A stretch of DNA of 64,000 nucleotides from Soehngenia sp. GTDB taxonomy: Bacteria; Bacillota; Clostridia; Tissierellales; Tissierellaceae. The stretch is taken from assembly GCA_024637045.1 (NCBI GenBank), contig JAGXFX010000018.1, positions 3,817 to 67,816 on the forward strand, written 5' to 3'. Each line of letters begins with the position of its first letter. The stretch's first letter is position 1. Shown piece after piece: positions 23,527-31,296 of this stretch. The notes below the pieces were generated by a model that saw only the letters and a list, made by a program, of their open reading frames with translations, had not been told where the DNA came from and ran no database searches. Made by a program: the position numbers and the translations under genes.

Positions 23527-25344
23527 CTATATTTCATTGATACCTTCTTCATCTAAATATTGATTTGTATACAATCTGTAATAATACCCTTTTTTGTCAA
23601 GGAGCTCCTTGTGGGTACCATCCTCGGTAATCTCACCTTTTCTAATTACAAGAATCCGATCTGCACTTCTGATTGTAGATAGTCTATGTGCAATAACAAA
23701 GCTGGTTCTTCCCGTCAGGACCTTTGTGATTGCATTCTGTATGATTTTTTCTGTTTCAGTATCTATTGAAGAAGTCGCTTCATCCAAAACAAATAGCGAA
23801 GGGTTCCTTATTATTGCCCGGGCAAATGATATCAGTTGCTTCTGACCTGTTGACAACAAGCTTCCACCTTCACCTACCTGTGTATTGTATCCATTTTCAA
23901 GATCAATTATGAAATCATGAGCGTTGACGATTCTACACGCTTCTTCGATTTCATCCTGAGTGGCGTCAAGTCGTCCATAACGGATATTATCAACAATCGA
24001 CCCACTGAACAAATGTGGACTTTGCAATACATAGCCCAGATTATTATGAATCCACTGAATAGGCATCTTGCGATAGTCTGTTCCATCAACGAGTATCCTT
24101 CCTGAGGTTGGCTCATAGAATCTGCAGAAAAGATTAACAATAGTAGATTTACCGGAGCCTGTCTCACCTACAAGAGCAACTGTTTCACCAGGTTTTACGG
24201 AAAGATTAAAATTCTTCAGTACAGGCTCCTGAGGCTGATAAGAAAAAGATACGTTTTCAAAATCGATAGTACCCTTTATTGGTGGAAGGAGTTCTTTTTT
24301 TTGATCAAAAATATTTCCAAATGTCTCAAGTACATATCCTTCGTCCCTGATTTCAGGAGTTTCCTTTAACAGTGAAAATACTCTTTCAGCCGATGCCTGG
24401 GCACTTTGGAATTCTGCAAATATTACAGCCATTTGTCTGATCGGTTCGAAAAATTGTGCTGTATAGGAAATAAATGCAACAAGAGTACCGTAGGTTATTA
24501 TCCCCTCCATTATATAGCCTGAACCATAAGAAAAGGCGAGTGCAGTACCCACGCTTCCCAGTCCGATTACAAGTGGAAGATAAATTGATGAAATTATTGC
24601 TGCCTTGATGGACTGATTTTTCATAGATCCTGTAAGATGTGAGAATTCAAAAAGATTCTTATCTTCTCGTACAAGAGTTTTTGTAGTCTTTGCGCCTTGA
24701 ATATCTTCATTGAATGCACCGGTAATCTGCGAATTAATCTTTCGGATTTTCCTCTGTGCTCCGAGAATTTTTTTCTGAAAAACAACACTTAAAACAGCAA
24801 GAGCGGGAACTACGGATAAGGTAATAAGCGCTAGCACCGGATTAAGGATTATCATGTATACAGATATTCCAGTCATTATTGCCAAGCCCCAAGCAAGATC
24901 TACAATCCCCCATGATATTGTTTCACTCAATCTTGTTACATCAGATGTCATTCTCGCCATCAACCAGCCAACTGCCTTGTTATCATAATATGATAGTGGA
25001 AGCTCTTGTAGACGAATAAATCCAAGTCTTCTTATATCATGAGCCATTGTGGTTTCAAGCCTGCCTGCCATTCTAATAAATAAAAATATCAACAGACTTA
25101 ATGAAATTACGGCGGAAAGATAAGCTCCAATAAACAATGGGAGACCATCCATGGATCCGTTTCTTACGAATTCATCTATTGCATATTTGGCAAGCATGGG
25201 AAAGCTAGCATCTATAATCCCAAGAAGAACCATCATTACAATCAATTTGATAAATCTTTTTTTATATGGCTTTAGGTAAGTATAGAAATCCCTCCATACT
25301 CCCAGGCTCAACTTTTTAGTGGTATTGAAATTTGTCTCATCCAT
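23527..25344 (-). CDS. Type IV ABC exporter half (TMD+NBD), subunit 2
   Basis: 6-TM domain + GETGSGKS, signature LSTGQ, Walker B LFVLDE. Confidence 0.92.
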   Translation of the reverse strand: MDETNFNTTKKLSLGVWRDFYTYLKPYKKRFIKLIVMMVLLGIIDASFPMLAKYAIDEFVRNGSMDGLPLFIGAYLSAVISLSLLIFLFIRMAGRLETTMAHDIRRLGFIRLQELPLSYYDNKAVGWLMARMTSDVTRLSETISWGIVDLAWGLAIMTGISVYMIILNPVLALITLSVVPALAVLSVVFQKKILGAQRKIRKINSQITGAFNEDIQGAKTTKTLVREDKNLFEFSHLTGSMKNQSIKAAIISSIYLPLVIGLGSVGTALAFSYGSGYIMEGIITYGTLVAFISYTAQFFEPIRQMAVIFAEFQSAQASAERVFSLLKETPEIRDEGYVLETFGNIFDQKKELLPPIKGTIDFENVSFSYQPQEPVLKNFNLSVKPGETVALVGETGSGKSTIVNLFCRFYEPTSGRILVDGTDYRKMPIQWIHNNLGYVLQSPHLFSGSIVDNIRYGRLDATQDEIEEACRIVNAHDFIIDLENGYNTQVGEGGSLLSTGQKQLISFARAIIRNPSLFVLDEATSSIDTETEKIIQNAITKVLTGRTSFVIAHRLSTIRSADRILVIRKGEITEDGTHKELLDKKGYYYRLYTNQYLDEEGINEI

Positions 25345-25355
25345 GATGATTCCTC

Positions 25356-27149
25356 CTAAGCTTTCATTACATCATATTCAAGAGAGGCTTGAATATCATA
25401 AATTCTTTTATACAATCCTTCCTGAAGAAGGAGTTCCTTGTGGGTTCCGCTCTGGACTATGGTACCTTTGTCCAGGACGATTATCATATCAGCATCTGAT
25501 ACAGTTGAAATTCTATGAGAAATCACGAAAGTTGTCGCCACATTTTTTCTTTTTTCAAGAGCTTTTCGTATTTCCATATCTGTTTCGGAATCAACTGCTG
25601 AAAGTGAATCGTCGAATATAACTATTGGGGTTTCACTGATTATTGCCCTTGCGATAGCCATTCTTTGTTTTTGGCCACCTGAGAGCGATACTCCACGTTC
25701 TCCAACCATGGTTTCATACTGCTTGTCAAATGACAATATATCATTGTGTATTGCTGCAACCTTGGCAGCGTTAAATACTGATTTTTCCTGCTTTTGAGGA
25801 TCAGTAAATCTTATATTTTCCTTAATAGATCTAGCGTACAGGAATGGTTCCTGTAGAACAAGGGCAATGTTGTTTCTAATCCAGTGTCTGTCGATATTCT
25901 TGAGTTCCAATCCATCAATTCTAATGGATCCAGATGAATAATCATAAAGTCGAGGCAACAGATTTACCAAGGTTGTTTTACCTGAGCCAGTTGGACCCAT
26001 TATGGCAATAGTATCCCCTTTATTTACATGAAAACTGATGTTCTGAAGCACCTGTTTCTTACCATCATAGGAAAACCCGACATTTTCGAAGTCGATCTCG
26101 CCTGCAATCTCAGGTTCCTCGCCGTTTTCTACAAGTGGTTCGACGGGGATACTTAGAATTTCGCTTACTCTGTCAATGGAAACAGTAGCCTTTCCCATAT
26201 CCGTGAGAATTCTGCCGAGCTGACGTACTGGCCAAATTAGCATATTGACATAGCTTATAAATGCAACCAGCACTCCGATTGTAATCCTTTCGTTGATCAC
26301 CATAAAAGTACCTGCCACTATTACAACTCCAACCTGGAACATACTAAGAAAGTCTGACAAGGACCAATAAATTGCCAGGTTGTCTATAAGCTTATTGACC
26401 AGTTGCCTATAAGAAGAATTATCTGAATCAAACTTTTCAAGTTCAAATGATTCCCTCCCAAAGGCTTTAACCACTCGTATACCAGTAAGATTCTCCTGTA
26501 GAGTAGTTGATAATTTAGCTTCAGCTTCATCAGCTTCTTTGAAATCTCTCTGAATTCTTTTAAAGAAAGCATATGCAAAACCAAAGATTACAGGAACCAG
26601 AGCCATTGAGTAGATTGTCATACCAACATGGAGTGAAAGCATTGACCACAAAATAAAAGCCAGCATGGACAACGAACCAGCTACTTCAACAAGCTGTATT
26701 CCTAAAAACCTTTTTATGGTTTCAACATCTGATGTGCATCGTTGAATAAGATCACCTGTGTCAGTTTTTACATGATAGCTGTATGGCAACTTTTGAATAT
26801 GGTCGTAGAGTTTATTTCTAAGATTCATTGAAATATTTTCAGATGCCTCAGCTGACAGAAATCCTTTGAAATAAAGGAAAATACCACGTAAAGCCGTATT
26901 CAGTACAATAACAACACCAATAATCCACAAGCTCCTTCGCAACAGCTCAATTCCTCCAAGAGCGTTAATTATTCTATTTGCAAGATAATTTGTGATGGGC
27001 TCACTTCCGATTACGGAATCTATTGCGGTGCTCAGTATAATAGGTCCTACAGCATAAAAAAGCTGAGAAATTGTTATGGTAAGCATCGCAAGAATAAATA
27101 TCATTCTGTACCCTTTTAAAAAGGGGTATAATTTTTTAAACTGTTTCAT
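25356..27149 (-). CDS. Type IV ABC exporter half (TMD+NBD), subunit 1
   Basis: 6-TM domain + [13 protein letters not shown], Walker B IVIFDD; ATG 27149 after GGAGG. Confidence 0.92.
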   Translation of the reverse strand: MKQFKKLYPFLKGYRMIFILAMLTITISQLFYAVGPIILSTAIDSVIGSEPITNYLANRIINALGGIELLRRSLWIIGVVIVLNTALRGIFLYFKGFLSAEASENISMNLRNKLYDHIQKLPYSYHVKTDTGDLIQRCTSDVETIKRFLGIQLVEVAGSLSMLAFILWSMLSLHVGMTIYSMALVPVIFGFAYAFFKRIQRDFKEADEAEAKLSTTLQENLTGIRVVKAFGRESFELEKFDSDNSSYRQLVNKLIDNLAIYWSLSDFLSMFQVGVVIVAGTFMVINERITIGVLVAFISYVNMLIWPVRQLGRILTDMGKATVSIDRVSEILSIPVEPLVENGEEPEIAGEIDFENVGFSYDGKKQVLQNISFHVNKGDTIAIMGPTGSGKTTLVNLLPRLYDYSSGSIRIDGLELKNIDRHWIRNNIALVLQEPFLYARSIKENIRFTDPQKQEKSVFNAAKVAAIHNDILSFDKQYETMVGERGVSLSGGQKQRMAIARAIISETPIVIFDDSLSAVDSETDMEIRKALEKRKNVATTFVISHRISTVSDADMIIVLDKGTIVQSGTHKELLLQEGLYKRIYDIQASLEYDVMKA

Positions 27150-27160
27150 AGTTTTCCTCC

Positions 27161-27191
27161 AAAAAAAAGCCATAGGTCAAAAACCTATGGC
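27161..27191 (-). terminator. Attenuator-type terminator just upstream of the ABC exporter RBS
   Basis: Minus strand GCCATAGG-TTTTTGA-CCTATGGC followed by 8 T. Confidence 0.8.
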
Positions 27192-27232
27192 TCAAGTATA
27201 ATTTATATATTCAAAAAATCATAGGCGAGCAC

Positions 27233-27331
27233 CTATAATGGACAAGTCAAAAACATCAGTCCAGGGTATAGGCCATAGTGTTCTTTGCAATTAGTAAAAT
27301 TATTTTTCATCAATCCATTCGTTAATATCAT
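27233..27331 (-). CDS. Putative 32-aa leader peptide MILTNGLMKNNFTNCKEHYGLYPGLMFLTCPL
   Basis: AAGGGAGG RBS 8 nt before ATG 27331; stop TAG lies inside a terminator-like hairpin; located between the promoter and the ABC genes. Confidence 0.6.
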   Translation of the reverse strand: MILTNGLMKNNFTNCKEHYGLYPGLMFLTCPL

Positions 27332-27369
27332 AGTCATGGCCTCCCTTCTTAGATTTTACTTACTAGTAT

Positions 27370-27397
27370 ATTTTATAACAAAGCGTTGAAATGTCAA
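27370..27397 (-). promoter_or_regulatory. SigA-type promoter for the leader/ABC operon
   Basis: TTGACA-16 bp-TAAAAT on the minus strand. Confidence 0.6.
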
Positions 27398-27412
27398 CAT
27401 TTATTTTTAGTG

Positions 27413-28090
27413 CTATTTTAGTTCTTCTTCAAGATTCTTTAGATCTAGAATCTTAATCCTATTTTTATAAAAGTCAATTAGTTCATCTTCTCTCATTCTC
27501 ATCAGCTCCCTTGAAAGAGAAGGTCTTGGAATATTGAGAAGCTCTGCCATCTTCTTTCTACTATAAGGAAGAAGTAAATATTTGGATTTTTGTCTTCCGT
27601 ATTCCAACAGGAGTATATTAACAATTTTTTTTCTAGTACTATCCAGAGAAAGGCTTGTAATTCTATCATTTAGCATGTGAATTCTTCTGGAAAGAACACC
27701 AGCAAAGTTTTCAAGGACTCTTGGGTTTCTGCTTAACACTTGAATCAGCTCAGATCTCGGGATATTCATTACGCAGCTGTCAGATGTTGACATTACTGTT
27801 GCAGGATATTCTTTTTTATCAGAGAAGACCAGAGATTCAGCAAATACATTTCCAGCTGTAAAATGGCTTATTGTTACAATTTTTCCAGATGAAAAGGGCT
27901 TATGGATTTCAATGTCTCCCGAAAGTATAATGGAGAGATTATCACAATCATCACCTTCGATTGCAACCACGTCTTGATTTTTGTAACATTTTACAGAGTA
28001 ATTAATTCCATCCATCAATGAAAGAATTTCCTCATTGGCAAGGCTGTCGAACAATATACATTTTGATAGTGCATCCATAGAAAAACTCAA
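27413..28090 (-). CDS. Crp/Fnr-family transcriptional regulator (HcpR-like)
   Basis: cNMP-type beta-barrel (GNVFAE), C-terminal HTH MAELLNIPRPSLSREL; TTG start after GAGGTG. Confidence 0.88.
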   Translation of the reverse strand: MSFSMDALSKCILFDSLANEEILSLMDGINYSVKCYKNQDVVAIEGDDCDNLSIILSGDIEIHKPFSSGKIVTISHFTAGNVFAESLVFSDKKEYPATVMSTSDSCVMNIPRSELIQVLSRNPRVLENFAGVLSRRIHMLNDRITSLSLDSTRKKIVNILLLEYGRQKSKYLLLPYSRKKMAELLNIPRPSLSRELMRMREDELIDFYKNRIKILDLKNLEEELK

Positions 28091-28245
28091 ATCTACATCA
28101 CCTCAATTTATTTGACAAATTCTATATACCCTCAATAAAATAAGTAACTCAAAAATCAATAATTGCGTTATCCTCTTAAAGTTAGGGGTATAAACTTATA
28201 AGGTATATATATATATAAATATAGATATGAAAAGGAGCATCGTTA

Positions 28246-28530
28246 ATGAACGATATTTTATTGGTCAATAAAATCAATCACAAGGATTATAGCAGTGAAA
28301 AGCAGAAGGTCTTTTTCCAAATTGGAGGTATACATATTCCAAGAGTAGAAGGACGGCTCATGGAATTAATTGGAAACAGCAGACTGATTGATGAGAAAGA
28401 TGTTGTTTATAAGTATAACGGATTTGAAGTAGATATTCTGACTCAGTCAATACCGATACTTGTAAAGATCTTAGCGGAAAATAACATACCAATTTTTGGT
28501 GTATATGCCATTTACATTCCAAGACTGTAA
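28246..28530 (+). CDS. Hypothetical protein (94 aa)
   Basis: AAAAGGAG RBS; codon usage like neighbours; no recognised family. Confidence 0.7.
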   Translation: MNDILLVNKINHKDYSSEKQKVFFQIGGIHIPRVEGRLMELIGNSRLIDEKDVVYKYNGFEVDILTQSIPILVKILAENNIPIFGVYAIYIPRL

Positions 28531-28654
28531 TTGTAAAAAGGGTATTTTGTTAAAGAATAATTGGAATGATTACAAATAATTTAGTCTGTGATTATATTTG
28601 GAATATGTGGGTATTTATGAAAAGTGAGATTAACTAAACTATGGAGGGATTATT

Positions 28655-29137
28655 ATGAGTGAAAAATTAATGAATGCATTGAATGATCAGTACAACTTTG
28701 AAATGCTGTCAGGGTATTATTACCTGGCGATGGCATCATACTTTGAGTCAGAAAACATGAGAGGCATGTCACATTTCATGGTAGCGCAGGCAAAGGAAGA
28801 GTATGAACATGCCATGAAGTTCTATGGTTTCATCAACGATATGGATGGAAGGGTTACAATGCAGGCAATACCTGAACCAAAGAATGATTACAGTTCATTC
28901 CTTGAGGTTTTTGAAACAGCACTTGGGCATGAAAAGAAGGTAACAGGAAGAATTTATGATCTGTTGAAATTGGCTGAAGAGGAGAAGAATTATCCGACAG
29001 TACAATTCCTGCAATGGTTTGTTTCAGAGCAGGTTGAAGAAGAGAACACTATGAAGGATATAATATTTAAGCTTGAGGGAGTACAAAATCAATTCCACGG
29101 TCTGATGATGGTGGACAGAGAGCTAGGATCAAGATAA
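28655..29137 (+). CDS. ftnA: Non-heme ferritin
   Basis: LNDQYNFE...YLAMASYF, Q..EE..HA.K, HEKKVT..I, FLQWFV.EQVEEE. Confidence 0.93.
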   Translation: MSEKLMNALNDQYNFEMLSGYYYLAMASYFESENMRGMSHFMVAQAKEEYEHAMKFYGFINDMDGRVTMQAIPEPKNDYSSFLEVFETALGHEKKVTGRIYDLLKLAEEEKNYPTVQFLQWFVSEQVEEENTMKDIIFKLEGVQNQFHGLMMVDRELGSR

Positions 29138-29148
29138 GCTAAAAGTAG

Positions 29149-29182
29149 AAGGCACGGTCTGTAAACTGATCGTGCCTTTTTT
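29149..29182 (+). terminator. Terminator after ferritin
   Basis: AAGGCACGGTC/GATCGTGCCTT plus T-tract. Confidence 0.8.
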
Positions 29183-29206
29183 AATGTAAAAATGATAGAT
29201 ATTTTC

Positions 29207-29235
29207 TTGACAATTACATGCAAGTATTCTAATAT
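29207..29235 (+). promoter_or_regulatory. SigA-type promoter of the ArsR-CoADR operon
   Basis: TTGACA-17 bp-TAATAT. Confidence 0.65.
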
Positions 29236-29263
29236 ATAGATATACAGATGCAGGAGGGGTCAA

Positions 29264-29554
29264 ATGAAATTTGATAGAGCAGTTTTGGAAGAAAAGGCCG
29301 CAATCCTTAAATTGATATCCCATCCAATAAGACTATGCATACTCAGGGGGTTGTCTGAAGAAGGAGAAAACAATGTTTCCTACATTCAGGGATGTCTTGA
29401 TGTACCACAGTCTACATTGTCACAACATTTGGCAAAGTTAAGACTTTCTGGTGTTGTGAAGGACGAGAGAAGGGGAACAGAGGTTTATTATTCCCTGACG
29501 GATGATGAAGTTAGAAGAATCATTAAGCTATTATTTAAATCAGAGGAGGAATAG
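29264..29554 (+). CDS. ArsR/SmtB-family repressor
   Basis: SHPIRLCIL, QSTLSQHLAKLR..GVV..ERRG.EVYYSL. Confidence 0.92.
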   Translation: MKFDRAVLEEKAAILKLISHPIRLCILRGLSEEGENNVSYIQGCLDVPQSTLSQHLAKLRLSGVVKDERRGTEVYYSLTDDEVRRIIKLLFKSEEE

Positions 29555-29556
29555 AA

Positions 29557-31296
29557 TTGGGTAAAAAAGTATTGATCGTTGGTGGAGTAGCCGGAGGAGC
29601 TACAGCATTGACAAGACTGAGAAGACTAGATGAAAAAGCAGAAATTATCATGTTTGAACGAGGTGAGTACATTTCTTTCGCAAACTGTGGACTACCATAC
29701 TATATTGGTGGGACGATCGAAGAAAGGGATGCATTAATTGTAAATACTCCAGAGGCAATAATGAAGAAGTACAATGTTGATGTAAGGAATTTTTCTGAAG
29801 TGACATCAATAGACAAAGAAAAAAAGACGGTACAAGTCAAGAATAGCAAATCAGGTGAAACATACACAGAAAACTATGACTACTTACTGCTTTCAACTGG
29901 ATCAAGCCCAATAAAACCCCCTATTCCTGGAATTGATTCTCCAAATATCTTTAGTCTTTGGAACATTCCAGATACAGATATGATAAAGAATCATATTGAT
30001 TCAACCAAGCCTAAGAGAGCTATTGTAGTTGGTGGCGGATTTATCGGTCTTGAGATGGCAGAGAATCTACACGATCAAGGTCTGGATGTATCTGTAGTGG
30101 AAATGCAGGATCAGGTTATGGCACCAATTGATTTTGAAATGGCACAAATTGTTCACGAGCATATGAAATCAAAAGGAGTACATCTACATCTAAATGATGG
30201 AGTCAGCACTTTTGAATACGAGGATGGAGTTACAACAATTACACTTCAATCTGGTGAAAAAATTGAAGGAGACATTATTATCCTTTCAATAGGGATAAGA
30301 CCCAACGGTGAGCTGGCAAAAGCAGCAGGTCTTGAGCAAAATCAACGCGGAGGCATAATAGTTGATAAAACTTTAAGAACTTCAAATGAATTTATATATG
30401 CCATTGGTGATGTAATTGAAGTTGAAGACTATGTAAATAAAATACAGACCATGATTCCTCTTGCAGGACCAGCAAACAAGCAAGGTAGAATTGTAGCAAA
30501 CAATATTCTTGGTGGAAAAAAGGATGAGTACAAGGGAACGCAAGGTACAAGCATTGCAAAAATATTTGATCTTGATGTCGCAAGTACTGGGGTAAATGAA
30601 AAAACCCTAATAAGACTTGGAAAAGAATACAAGAAAGATTATGATATGGCTTTTATCCATCAGAATTCACATGCAGGTTATTATCCTGGAGCACTTCCAA
30701 TGACCATGAAGCTTTTATTTGACATGGATGGGAAAGTTCTGGGAGCTCAAATTGTTGGTTATGATGGAGTTGACAAGAGAATCGATGTTCTTGCGACTGC
30801 AATAAGATTTAATGGAAAAGTTGAAAATCTGATAGATCTTGAGCTTGCATATGCACCTCCTTATGGATCAGCAAAAGATCCAGTGAATATGATTGGATTT
30901 GTTGCAGATAACATTTTAAACGGAATGACAGAGCAAGTACTTTGGAGGGAGCTTGACGAGCTTGATAAGGAACAATACAAGCTACTTGATATAAGAGAAG
31001 ATGTTGAAATGGAAATAGGAACAATTGAAGGCTCCATCCACATTCCATTAAATGAGCTTCGCGACAGACTTGATGAACTGGACAAAGAAAAGACATACGT
31101 TGCATTTTGTGCTGTTGGATTAAGAGGATATCTTGCAGAGAGGTCATTAAAAGACAATGGTTTTAAAGCAATGAATCTTGCAGGTGGATTTAGTACCTAC
31201 AAGAATATGTATATGCAGAGTGAAAATCCAACAAGTCAGGATCCAAAGTCATTTGATGACTCAGGAGTGGCGGGAACAAATGTGGGAAAGCAGTAA
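29557..31296 (+). CDS. CoA-disulfide/persulfide reductase with C-terminal rhodanese domain (579 aa; TTG start)
   Basis: GGVAGGA, SFANCGLPY (CoA-binding Cys), GGGFIGLE, LAYAPPY, rhodanese LLDIRE...FCAVGLRG. Confidence 0.92.
   Translation: MGKKVLIVGGVAGGATALTRLRRLDEKAEIIMFERGEYISFANCGLPYYIGGTIEERDALIVNTPEAIMKKYNVDVRNFSEVTSIDKEKKTVQVKNSKSGETYTENYDYLLLSTGSSPIKPPIPGIDSPNIFSLWNIPDTDMIKNHIDSTKPKRAIVVGGGFIGLEMAENLHDQGLDVSVVEMQDQVMAPIDFEMAQIVHEHMKSKGVHLHLNDGVSTFEYEDGVTTITLQSGEKIEGDIIILSIGIRPNGELAKAAGLEQNQRGGIIVDKTLRTSNEFIYAIGDVIEVEDYVNKIQTMIPLAGPANKQGRIVANNILGGKKDEYKGTQGTSIAKIFDLDVASTGVNEKTLIRLGKEYKKDYDMAFIHQNSHAGYYPGALPMTMKLLFDMDGKVLGAQIVGYDGVDKRIDVLATAIRFNGKVENLIDLELAYAPPYGSAKDPVNMIGFVADNILNGMTEQVLWRELDELDKEQYKLLDIREDVEMEIGTIEGSIHIPLNELRDRLDELDKEKTYVAFCAVGLRGYLAERSLKDNGFKAMNLAGGFSTYKNMYMQSENPTSQDPKSFDDSGVAGTNVGKQ

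Noticed and set aside
28141-28175. GTAAC...GTTA half-sites as an HcpR-type operator
   Set aside because: The half-sites are about 18 bp apart, too far for a Crp-family dimer site.
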